The translations under genes and the position numbers were made by a program. From Burkholderiaceae bacterium (GTDB taxonomy: Bacteria > Pseudomonadota > Gammaproteobacteria > Burkholderiales > Burkholderiaceae_B), in contig DATGUI010000079.1 of assembly GCA_035301405.1 (NCBI GenBank), positions 1-39,145 on the forward strand: a stretch of DNA of 39,145 nt, written 5' to 3'. Under the pieces are notes generated by a model. That model had not been told where the DNA came from, made no database searches, and was given only the letters and a program-made list of their open reading frames with translations. This document shows, one piece after another, positions 29,784 through 37,701 of this stretch (position 1 is the first letter of the stretch; each line of letters starts with the position of its first letter).

Positions 29784-29868
29784 TGGTGCCGACGGCGAGA
29801 ATCGAACTCGCACGGCTTTCGCCACTACCCCCTCAAGATAGCGTGTCTACCATTTCCACCACGTCGGC
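29784..29868 (-). tRNA. leuU: tRNA-Leu (anticodon GAG), class II with long variable arm, CCA encoded
   Basis: Hand-folded: acceptor GCCGACG/CGTCGGC, D arm GTG-GAAATGGTAGA-CAC, anticodon arm CTATC-TTGAGGG-GGTAG (U33, GAG, G37), variable arm TGGCGAAAGCCGT, T arm GCGAG-TTCGATT-CTCGC, then A-CCA. Its position after secG matches the E. coli secG-leuU arrangement. Confidence 0.93.
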
Positions 29869-29924
29869 AAAGAAAAGAATTCTAGCATGAATCCGCCACA
29901 CCGCGCAGCCGGCCTCAGGCGGGC

Positions 29925-30425
29925 TTATTCGGCATCCTCTTCGGACGGGATGGCGGGGATTTCATCATCCGAAGAGCCCAGGCGGGGCAGCTCGTTGTCC
30001 GTGGCCTGATCAGCACCACCAAGGCCATCGCCTTCCAGCGCAGGGACGTCATCCGTCTCGGAACCCGTGCCCGGCACGGCAGGGACTTCGCCTGGCACCT
30101 CGCTGCCTGTTGCGCTGTCGTCAGCGGGTGTGGCGTCTTGAGACTGGAAGCCTTCCATGACGCCGCCTTCCATGGGCGCGCCACTGGGATGGTGATTGAC
30201 CCATGCCAGCCCGATGGTGGCCGCAAAGAAGATGATGGCCGCCCACTTGGTGCTGCGCGACAGGAAGTTGGCCGCCCCAGCGGCACCAAACAGGCTGCCG
30301 GCCGACCCGCCACCAAAGGCAGAGCCCATGTCGGCGCCCTTGCCCTGCTGCAGCAGTACCAGGACGATGATGCTCAGTGAAGAAACGACCTGAACGCCCA
30401 TCAGGACGGATGCAAACATTTCCAT
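29925..30425 (-). CDS. secG: Preprotein translocase subunit SecG with an extended acidic C-terminal tail
   Basis: 166 aa. The N-terminal ~77 aa form a typical SecG: TM1, LLQQGKGADMGSAFGGGSAGSLFGAAGAANFL, then TM2. About 89 residues rich in D/E/P/G follow. A GGAG Shine-Dalgarno sits upstream. Confidence 0.9.
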   Translation of the reverse strand: MEMFASVLMGVQVVSSLSIIVLVLLQQGKGADMGSAFGGGSAGSLFGAAGAANFLSRSTKWAAIIFFAATIGLAWVNHHPSGAPMEGGVMEGFQSQDATPADDSATGSEVPGEVPAVPGTGSETDDVPALEGDGLGGADQATDNELPRLGSSDDEIPAIPSEEDAE

Positions 30426-30440
30426 TGCAGACTCCGGGCC

Positions 30441-31190
30441 TTACGCGGCCACAATCGATAAAAAATCTGGCGCTTTCAAAGATGCGCCGCCTACCAGTGC
30501 GCCGTCAATATCAGGCATGGCGAACAGGCTGGCTGCATTATCGGCATTGACACTGCCGCCATACAGCACCCTGACCTGCCCGGCATCGGCCGTGTGCAGG
30601 CTGGCCCGTATGGCCTCGTGCACCTGTTGGGCCTGATCCGGTGTGGCCGTGTGGCCGGTGCCAATGGCCCACACGGGTTCGTAGGCAATGACCAGCTGGT
30701 TGACCGCCTGGGTGCCCAGTGCCAGCACCGGTGCCAGTTGACGTGAGACCACGCCCAGCGTGTGCCCGGCCTTTTGTTCGGCCAGTGTTTCGCCAATGCA
30801 GACAACGGGTGTCAGGCCGGCCGCCAGGGCTGCCCGGGCCTTGTCGGCCACGGCCTGGTCGGTTTCGGCGTGGGTGGCCCGCCTTTCGGAATGGCCCACC
30901 AGCACATATTGACAACCGGTGTCGGCCAGCATGGCTGCCGAGACATCGCCCGTATGGGCGCCCGGCCCGTGGGGGCTGACATCTTGCGCGCCCACGCCAA
31001 TGGCTGTGCCTTGCAGGGCCTGGCTGGCCTGCAAAAGATAGGGAAACGGCACGCACACGGCAACGTCAACCGCACTGCTGTCTACAGTGGCAGCAGACAG
31101 CGCCGTCAGGCGGGCGGCGTTTTCTGCCACCAGCCCGTGCATTTTCCAGTTTCCGATCACAAGGCGCTTGCGGCCCAAGACACCAGACAT
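30441..31190 (-). CDS. tpiA: Triose-phosphate isomerase
   Basis: 249 aa with LVIGNWKMHG, VGHSERR, AYEPVWAIGTG and YGGSV motifs. Confidence 0.96.
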   Translation of the reverse strand: MSGVLGRKRLVIGNWKMHGLVAENAARLTALSAATVDSSAVDVAVCVPFPYLLQASQALQGTAIGVGAQDVSPHGPGAHTGDVSAAMLADTGCQYVLVGHSERRATHAETDQAVADKARAALAAGLTPVVCIGETLAEQKAGHTLGVVSRQLAPVLALGTQAVNQLVIAYEPVWAIGTGHTATPDQAQQVHEAIRASLHTADAGQVRVLYGGSVNADNAASLFAMPDIDGALVGGASLKAPDFLSIVAA

Positions 31191-31292
31191 GGCTTTCTAC
31201 GTAATTGGTCAACCCGTTATTGTACCCCGTTTTGGCGCGGCTTCCACAGGCCAGGCATTATCAGGTAAAATTGGCCGCTTACTGCCAGTAGC

Positions 31293-31382
31293 GGAAGCGT
31301 GCCAGAGTGGTTGAATGGACCGGTCTTGAAAACCGGCGACGGGGCAACTCGTCCGTGAGTTCGAATCTCACCGCTTCCGCCA
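31293..31382 (+). tRNA. tRNA-Ser (anticodon UGA), class II, CCA encoded
   Basis: Hand-folded: acceptor GGAAGCG/CGCTTCC, D stem CCA/TGG, anticodon arm CCGGT-CTTGAAA-ACCGG (U33, TGA, A37), long variable arm CGACGGGGCAACTCGTCCG, T arm GTGAG-TTCGAAT-CTCAC, then G-CCA. Confidence 0.92.
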
Positions 31383-31402
31383 TCCCCTCCCCGATTACAT
31401 TC

Positions 31403-31490
31403 GCACCCATGGCGGAATTGGTAGACGCAAGGGACTTAAAATCCCTCGGTCATTGCGACCGTGCCGGTTCGACCCCGGCTGGGTGCACCA
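31403..31490 (+). tRNA. tRNA-Leu (anticodon UAA), class II, CCA encoded
   Basis: Hand-folded: acceptor GCACCCA/TGGGTGC, D arm GCG-GAATTGGTAGA-CGC, anticodon arm AGGGA-CTTAAAA-TCCCT (TAA), variable arm CGGTC-ATTGC-GACCG, T arm GCCGG-TTCGACC-CCGGC, then A-CCA. Confidence 0.92.
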
Positions 31491-31503
31491 CCCGTAGCCG
31501 CCC

Positions 31504-32622
31504 ATGCCTTCTCTCTTTGATCCCATCAAGCTCGCCAACCTCTCTGTGGCCAACCGCATCATGGTATCGCCCATGTGCCAGTATTCCTCGCACGATGGCT
31601 GTGCATCAGACTGGCACCTTGCCCACCTGGGCAGCCTGGCGCTAAGCGGTGCAGGACTGCTGTGCCTGGAGGCCACGGGCGTCACCCCCGAAGGCCGCAT
31701 CACCCCGGGTTGCCTGGGGCTCTGGAATGATCAGACCGAAGCCGCCCTGAAACCCGTGATTGAGATGATTCGCAACGTGTCTCCCATCAAGGTGGCCATT
31801 CAATTGGGACACGCCGGCCGCAAAGCGTCCAGCGCCGTCCCCTGGGCAGGCGGGCACATGCTGGAGGCGGCTGAGGGCGGCTGGCAGACCCTGGCGCCCA
31901 GCGCCCTGCCCCAACGCGAGGGTGAAACCGCCCCGCGCGCCATGACGGACGCAGACATGGCCAATGTGCTGGCCGGGTTTGTGCAGGCAGCGCGACGTGC
32001 CGTGCGGCTGGGCATTGATGCCATCGAGCTGCATGGCGCCCACGGCTATCTGCTGCACCAGTTCCTGTCTCCGCTGGCCAACCAGCGCGACGATGCCTAC
32101 GGCGGCTCGCTGGAAAACCGCATGCGCTTTCCACTGGAAGTATTTGATGCTGTCAAGGCCGTCGTACCTGAAAGCTTTCCTGTCGGGATGCGCGTATCAG
32201 CGACCGACTGGTTTGACGAAGCGCCCTCCTGGACGGTGGATCAGACCGTTGTCCTTGCCAAAGAACTGGCCCAACGCGGCGCCAGCTGGATAGACGTCTC
32301 CAGCGGCGGGATCACGCCCTTGCAAAAAATAGACATCAAGCCCGGTTATCAGGTGGACTTTGCCCAGGCCGTCAAGGCGGCGGTGGACATTCCCGTGATG
32401 GCTGTGGGCCTGATTACCGAGGCGCAACAGGCACAAGACATTCTTGACAACGGCCAGGCCGACATGGTGGCCCTGGCCCGGGCCATGCTGTACAACCCGC
32501 ACTGGCCCTGGCATGCCGCCAATACCCTGCAAGGCACCATCCATGGGCCGCGACAATACTGGCGCAGCCTGCCTTCGGGCAGCCACCGCATATTCGGCGA
32601 TACGGTGTTCGGGCAGCGCTAG
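31504..32622 (+). CDS. NADH:flavin oxidoreductase, Old Yellow Enzyme family (YqjM/NamA-like subclass)
   Basis: 372 aa. MPSLFDPIKLANLSVANRIMVSPMCQYSS carries the Cys in SPMCQY typical of YqjM-type OYEs. Also present are HLGSLALSGAGLL, IQLGHAGRKAS and IELHGAHGYLLHQFLSPLAN.R.D.YGGSLENR. Confidence 0.92.
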   Translation: MPSLFDPIKLANLSVANRIMVSPMCQYSSHDGCASDWHLAHLGSLALSGAGLLCLEATGVTPEGRITPGCLGLWNDQTEAALKPVIEMIRNVSPIKVAIQLGHAGRKASSAVPWAGGHMLEAAEGGWQTLAPSALPQREGETAPRAMTDADMANVLAGFVQAARRAVRLGIDAIELHGAHGYLLHQFLSPLANQRDDAYGGSLENRMRFPLEVFDAVKAVVPESFPVGMRVSATDWFDEAPSWTVDQTVVLAKELAQRGASWIDVSSGGITPLQKIDIKPGYQVDFAQAVKAAVDIPVMAVGLITEAQQAQDILDNGQADMVALARAMLYNPHWPWHAANTLQGTIHGPRQYWRSLPSGSHRIFGDTVFGQR

Positions 32623-32640
32623 CGTTGCTGTGCCACCCTC

Positions 32641-32668
32641 TGCCCTGCTGCGTACAGGCAGCAGGGCA
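32641..32668 (+). terminator. Stem-loop after the OYE gene (possible terminator, lacks a clear U tract)
   Basis: TGCCCTGCTGC-GTACAG-GCAGCAGGGCA is a perfect 11-bp stem, 19 nt after the OYE stop. The following sequence (TACTACCTATTAAT) is not a T run. Confidence 0.45.
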
Positions 32669-32765
32669 TACTACCTATTAATGGATGGCAGCGTGTGCAC
32701 GATCTCCGATATGCTAGGGTTTGGAAGACACTTCACGCTTGACGCTTATCCCTGAACTCATCACA

Positions 32766-33437
32766 ATGAAGGATGAGTCATCAGTCATTAAAACCATGAA
32801 ATCAACAACTGAAATCGCTGACTGGAGACAGGCGAGCTCCCGCCAGGAACGCTCTCGTCTCATTCGTGATGCCCTGTTCAAGGCCGCTGCAGATGTTGTC
32901 GGGCAAAGAGGCTACCAAGGTGCCTCGGTTGCCCTGATCACTCAGCGCGCAAACGTGGCACAAGGCACGTTCTACAACCACTTCGAATCCCGACAAGACA
33001 TTCTTGACCAACTGCTTCCTGCGCTGGGAAAAGAAATGCTGGCCTACATTGGCGACCACACGCGTCAGGGGAAAACGCTTCAGGAACGCGAGGTCCTGGG
33101 ATTTGAGGCATTTTTTACCTTTCTGGCCAACAACCCCAATTTCTTCCGCATTCTCAATGAGGCCGAAAGCTTTGCGCCCGATGCCCATCACGAGCATCTG
33201 GACCTGGTCTCCGGCGGGTACATGCGTATGCTCAGACGCGCCCACGCCAATGGCGAGTTGCCCGCCTACGAAGAAGGCGAGCTTGAAGTCCTTGCACTCA
33301 TCCTGATGGCAGCACGCAGCTACCTGGCGTGGCGCTATGTCTACGGCGAAGAAAAGCACACCGAAATTCCCGAATGGGTCACCCGTACCTACAAGAAGTT
33401 TGTACGTTACGGGTTTTCAGGGACGCCGGAAAAATAG
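32766..33437 (+). CDS. TetR/AcrR-family transcriptional regulator
   Basis: The N-terminal HTH region is RSRLIRDALFKAAADVVGQRGYQGASVALITQRANVAQGTFYNHFESRQDIL, followed by a helical ligand-binding domain. The start is uncertain: TTG 32721, ATG 32766 or ATG 32797. Confidence 0.88.
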   Translation: MKDESSVIKTMKSTTEIADWRQASSRQERSRLIRDALFKAAADVVGQRGYQGASVALITQRANVAQGTFYNHFESRQDILDQLLPALGKEMLAYIGDHTRQGKTLQEREVLGFEAFFTFLANNPNFFRILNEAESFAPDAHHEHLDLVSGGYMRMLRRAHANGELPAYEEGELEVLALILMAARSYLAWRYVYGEEKHTEIPEWVTRTYKKFVRYGFSGTPEK

Positions 33438-33470
33438 ACAGCGGGCAAGGACCCGGGCAGGCCCGGATGC

Positions 33471-34184
33471 CTAGACGGAAAGGTAGCGCTGCTTGAGCTC
33501 GGCGTTGTCGTTGAGCTCGGCCATGGTTCCGGAGAATACGTCGCAACCCCGGTCAATGACCACAGCATTGTCTGCCAACTCAATACAAAACTGCAGGTTC
33601 TGCTCGGCCAGGATGATAGTGGCCCCGCGTGACTGCAGTTCAGTGATCAGTTCGCCAATCTGTTGCACGATGATGGGCGCCAGACCTTCGCTGGGCTCGT
33701 CAAGCAACAGGACATCGGGGTTGCCCATCAGGGCACGGCCGATGGTCAGCATTTGTTGTTCTCCACCCGATAACTGCCCGCCCATTCGGGACTTGAGCCG
33801 CTTCAACAGGGGCAGTGCATCGTAGACACCGGACAAGGTCCATGCATGATTGCCGCTGACGCCTTTTTTCTCGCCAATCAGCAGATTATCTTCGACCGAC
33901 AGGTGAGGGAAGATTTGTCTGTCTTCAGGCACATAGGCAATGCCCCGGCGGGAAATCTCGTGGGGAGGAAGGTTGGTGATGTCCTGATTCCTGAGCGCGA
34001 CAGAGCCGCCCCGCACGGGAAGAACACCAGCAATGGCCTTCATGGTTGTACTTTTGCCCGCACCGTTGCGACCCAGCAGGGCCAGTGTCTCGCCCTGATG
34101 CAGTACCAGGGACAAGCCGAACAGTGCCTGGCTGGACCCATAGAAAGCGTTGATCCCTGACACAGTAATGACTTCAGTGCTCAT
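33471..34184 (-). CDS. livF: LIV-type (HAAT family) ABC transporter ATP-binding protein, LivF-like
   Basis: 237 aa with Walker A GRNGAGKST, signature LSGGEQQML and Walker B LLLDEPSEGL. Its ATG overlaps the livG-like stop (ATGA). Confidence 0.9.
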   Translation of the reverse strand: MSTEVITVSGINAFYGSSQALFGLSLVLHQGETLALLGRNGAGKSTTMKAIAGVLPVRGGSVALRNQDITNLPPHEISRRGIAYVPEDRQIFPHLSVEDNLLIGEKKGVSGNHAWTLSGVYDALPLLKRLKSRMGGQLSGGEQQMLTIGRALMGNPDVLLLDEPSEGLAPIIVQQIGELITELQSRGATIILAEQNLQFCIELADNAVVIDRGCDVFSGTMAELNDNAELKQRYLSV

Positions 34185-34933
34185 GCCACGACTTCCTTGG
34201 GTTTGCCCAGATAGGACTCGATTACATCGGGGTTGTTACGAATATCGTCCGGGGTGCCGTAGGCCAGTACCTGCCCGTAAGAGAGCACGTAGATGTTTTG
34301 CGAGACCCGAAAGACGATTTCCATATCATGTTCAATGAGAACAACAGTCAGGTCGCTGGATTCCCACAACGCGTATACGGTATCTATCATGCGTTGGCGT
34401 TCTTCGGGTCCCATGCCGGCAATCGGCTCGTCCAGCAACAACACCTTGGGCTTCAACGCCAGCGCCAGGGCAATGTCCAGCAGTTTCTGATCGCCGTGCG
34501 ACAACTGCCCGCTGATGACCTTGGCCTTGTCGACCAGTTGCAACTGCTCCATGACTTCATGGACCTGATCCCGCAATATGGGTGACGGAAACTGCCCGAT
34601 CATGCGGCTGGACTGCCCCAGCATGGACGCCAGTGCGCCGCACAAGGTTTGCTCAACCGTCAGTGTTGGAAACAGCTGAGCAACCTGAAACGCCCTGCCT
34701 AGCCCTTTTTTCACGATGACTTCTGCCGGCTGGCCGGCGATGTTCTCGCCGTCCAGAAAAATGCGTCCCGAATCGGGACGGATGGCACCCGACACCAGAT
34801 TGAAGAATGTGGTCTTGCCCGCACCGTTGGGGCCGATCACGGCAGTAAGGCTGCCTGCGGGGAAGTTCATGGACACGTCTGACGTGGCCTTGACGCCCCC
34901 GAAGGACTTGTTGAGGTTTTCTATCTTGAGCAT
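34181..34933 (-). CDS. livG: LIV-type ABC transporter ATP-binding protein, LivG-like
   Basis: 250 aa with Walker A GPNGAGKTT, signature LSHGDQKLL and Walker B LLLDEPIAGM. An AAGGAA Shine-Dalgarno sits upstream. Confidence 0.9.
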   Translation of the reverse strand: MLKIENLNKSFGGVKATSDVSMNFPAGSLTAVIGPNGAGKTTFFNLVSGAIRPDSGRIFLDGENIAGQPAEVIVKKGLGRAFQVAQLFPTLTVEQTLCGALASMLGQSSRMIGQFPSPILRDQVHEVMEQLQLVDKAKVISGQLSHGDQKLLDIALALALKPKVLLLDEPIAGMGPEERQRMIDTVYALWESSDLTVVLIEHDMEIVFRVSQNIYVLSYGQVLAYGTPDDIRNNPDVIESYLGKPKEVVA

Positions 34934-34944
34934 GTTGTTCCTTG

Positions 34945-35718
34945 TCAGCGGCGCGGCTCGCGCACGCCACCATAGGTACCCCAGCCATTGCCGACCAGCC
35001 AGCCGGCGTCCACGGGCAGATCCACGCCGGTAATGGCTGCGGCCGCGCGTGAAGTCAGGAAGCTGACTGCGTCAGCAATTTCTTCGGGTTTAACCATGCG
35101 ACCCAGTGCCGTGTATTTTTCCAATGCAGAGACGTCGCGCTGCCCCTTGTCGATGGCATCTTGCAGGGCGGGTGTCAGGGTATAGCCGGGCGAAACCGAG
35201 TTGACCCGTACGCCAGCGCGGCCCCACTCGGACGCCAGGCATTGTGTCATGGCAATCACAGCGGCCTTTGCCGGCCCATACGAGTGCAGCGGCACGCTGC
35301 GTATGCCGGCAATGGAGGCAATATTGACAATAGCACCCTGCCCGGCTTTCACCATTTGCTGGCCGTATAGCAGACATGCCAGGTAGGTACCGCGCTGGTC
35401 TACGTTGACAATCTGATCCCAGGTGCGCATGTCGAGCTCATCGGGCGCAACCGGTTTCTGAATGATGCCGGCTGAATTGACCAGGTTGTTGATGGGGCCG
35501 TGCTCAGCGGCAATCTTGTCGGCTACCTCACGCATCTGGTCGTCGTTAGTGACATCGCATTCGTGGAGGATCAGCTTGTCGGCAATATCGTTGACCAGCG
35601 TCGAGTCGGTCGTAATATCCAGCACGATAACCTGATCACCACGGTTCACCAACGCCCTGACGCAGGCAGCACCAATGCCGCTCAGGCCACCGGTGACAAC
35701 AGAAACGGGATTTTTCAT
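34945..35718 (-). CDS. Short-chain dehydrogenase/reductase (classical SDR, FabG-like)
   Basis: 257 aa with cofactor motif VTGGLSGIGAA, NSAG, the catalytic Ser in NIASIAG and YGPAKAA (YxxxK). Its ATG overlaps the livM-like stop (ATGA at 35715-35718). Confidence 0.9.
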   Translation of the reverse strand: MKNPVSVVTGGLSGIGAACVRALVNRGDQVIVLDITTDSTLVNDIADKLILHECDVTNDDQMREVADKIAAEHGPINNLVNSAGIIQKPVAPDELDMRTWDQIVNVDQRGTYLACLLYGQQMVKAGQGAIVNIASIAGIRSVPLHSYGPAKAAVIAMTQCLASEWGRAGVRVNSVSPGYTLTPALQDAIDKGQRDVSALEKYTALGRMVKPEEIADAVSFLTSRAAAAITGVDLPVDAGWLVGNGWGTYGGVREPRR

Positions 35719-36683
35719 GAGGATTCCCCCTTGGTGTATTGACGGTTGAACAACTGCAACACGAAATCGGTGACACCGCGCCTGAAGCCCAGTGCAAATA
35801 TCAGGATGACCACGCCGAGCACGGCGCCATGGTATTCGGTCACGCGACCGATCACGTCATTGAACAAGAGCAGCAATCCGGCACCGACCAACGGACCGAA
35901 AAAGTTGTTGATGCCCCCCATCATGATCATGAAGATGCCTTCTCCGGACATGGTCCAGTAGGCAAACTCCGGATAGGCGCCCGATACGAACAGGGCCATG
36001 ATAATGCCCGAGGCACCGGCAATGCAGCCGGCCAGCACAAAAGCATACAGGCGCACCTTCCAGACGTTGACGCCAAGAAACTGCGCCCGATGCGCGTTGT
36101 CGCGGGTCATGCGCAAGGTATTGCCAAACGGACTGCTGAGCACATACCACATGACCAGCATGCAGACGATGGCCACAGTACAGGCAAACCAGTAGAGGTG
36201 CAGATACTGGCCGAGATCTATGCCCAGGAAAGGTTCACGACGTATGCCCCCCATGAGCCCCTGATCACCCCCGGTCAGCGAGGTCCAGGTGAGGATGATG
36301 CTGTAGAACAGCATCTGGAAAGCCAGGGTCAGGAAGGCGAAATAGATTTCCTTGAGTTGTACGCAGATTGCTCCGATGACGACGGCAACCAGGGCACAGA
36401 AACCCAGCGTACCCACAATGGCAAGCGGCACGGATACCCCGCCCTTCTGGATAAGCAGCCCGAAAGCATAGGCGCCCGCACCAAAAAACATGGCATGGCC
36501 GAATGAAACCATGCCGCCATACCCCACCAGGAAATTCAGGGAAGTGGCAAACACGGCAAACGCAGCCAATCGAATGACGTAATCAAGCACCATGCGGGAC
36601 GGCGTGATAAAGGGCAGGCAAACCAGCAGCACAATGATGGCTGCGATTATCCAGAACGAAAGACGTTTGCTCGACTTGCTCAT
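35715..36683 (-). CDS. livM: LIV-type ABC transporter permease, LivM-like
   Basis: 322 aa from the ATG at 36683 (MSKSSKRLSFWIIAAII...), which overlaps the livH-like stop (ATGA). The protein is polytopic. The upstream 133 codons of the track ORF overlap livH and are Arg/His/Gly-rich nonsense. Confidence 0.88.
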   Translation of the reverse strand: MSKSSKRLSFWIIAAIIVLLVCLPFITPSRMVLDYVIRLAAFAVFATSLNFLVGYGGMVSFGHAMFFGAGAYAFGLLIQKGGVSVPLAIVGTLGFCALVAVVIGAICVQLKEIYFAFLTLAFQMLFYSIILTWTSLTGGDQGLMGGIRREPFLGIDLGQYLHLYWFACTVAIVCMLVMWYVLSSPFGNTLRMTRDNAHRAQFLGVNVWKVRLYAFVLAGCIAGASGIIMALFVSGAYPEFAYWTMSGEGIFMIMMGGINNFFGPLVGAGLLLLFNDVIGRVTEYHGAVLGVVILIFALGFRRGVTDFVLQLFNRQYTKGESS

Positions 36684-37606
36684 GAATACACCTTCTTGCC
36701 CATGATGCCGCTGGGACGGAATATGAGGATCAGGGCCATGGCCACAAACATGATTCCCTCGACAAACAGCGGAAAACCAATGGAACCGAAGGAACGGACC
36801 AGCCCAATGATGAGCGCACCAATCAGCGCTCCGCTGATGGAGCCCATGCCTCCGATAACGGTGACAATGAAAGATTCGATCAATATGGAAAACCCCATGC
36901 CCGGTGACATGGACCGCACCGGCGCTGCCAGGGCGCCCGCCAGGCCGGAAATCAGGCCGCCCAGCGCAAACACGCCGGCATAGACCCACTGGGTATTGAT
37001 GCCCAGAACGGAAGTCATGGTCGGGTTCTGGGCGGCAGCACGAACCACCTTGCCCAAGTGGGTCTTGCTCAGCATCAGCCACAACACCAGGGCAACCGTC
37101 ATGGAAATGGCAATGAGATAAACATAGAAGATGGGAACGACCCCGCCGCCAATGAAAAGTGGCGCGCCCTGGAAAAAGTCCGGCATACCCATGGCCTGGA
37201 ACTCGGCACCCCAGAAAATCTTGACGACATCGTCAAAAATCAGGATGAAGGCATAGCACACCAGCAACTGCATCAATACATCGGAATCATAGACTTTGCG
37301 CATAAAAAACCGCTCTATGATCCAGCTGATGACGGCCACACCGACTGCCGCTGCGATCGATGCCACGATAAAGCTGTCTGTGGCGCGATAGGCGGACAGG
37401 GCAAAGTACGCGCCCAGCATGTAAAACGAACCATGCGCAAAGTTGATGACGCCCAGCACGCCAAAAATGAGAGAGAGGCCAGCGGCCACCAGAAACAGCA
37501 ACGATCCGACAATCAGTCCGGTGCTGGTCTGGGTAACCACACAGGACAGGTCTGTCGCACACGAAAGCAGCGCATCTAAATCCACGATTGATCTCCGTGA
37601 TTCCAT
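36680..37606 (-). CDS. livH: LIV-type ABC transporter permease, LivH-like
   Basis: 308 aa from the ATG at 37606. GLIVGSLLFLVAAGLSLIFGVLGVINFAHGSFYMLGAY is typical of LivH. The exact start is uncertain. Confidence 0.88.
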   Translation of the reverse strand: MESRRSIVDLDALLSCATDLSCVVTQTSTGLIVGSLLFLVAAGLSLIFGVLGVINFAHGSFYMLGAYFALSAYRATDSFIVASIAAAVGVAVISWIIERFFMRKVYDSDVLMQLLVCYAFILIFDDVVKIFWGAEFQAMGMPDFFQGAPLFIGGGVVPIFYVYLIAISMTVALVLWLMLSKTHLGKVVRAAAQNPTMTSVLGINTQWVYAGVFALGGLISGLAGALAAPVRSMSPGMGFSILIESFIVTVIGGMGSISGALIGALIIGLVRSFGSIGFPLFVEGIMFVAMALILIFRPSGIMGKKVYS

Positions 37607-37655
37607 GCTGTTCTCTTGCTTCTGGACAGCATGGACACTAAACCTTACATATGGA

Positions 37656-37687
37656 TTGCTGCAGTGCCTTGGCGGGCACTGCAACAA
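37656..37687 (-). promoter_or_regulatory. Intercistronic stem-loop between the SBP gene and the permease genes
   Basis: The minus strand reads TTGTTGCAGTGCC-CGCCAA-GGCACTGCAGCAA. This is a 13-bp stem with one mismatch, 15 nt after the SBP stop, with no U tract. It lies in a 95-nt spacer. Confidence 0.5.
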
Positions 37688-37701
37688 TCAAGGGCACAAG
37701 C

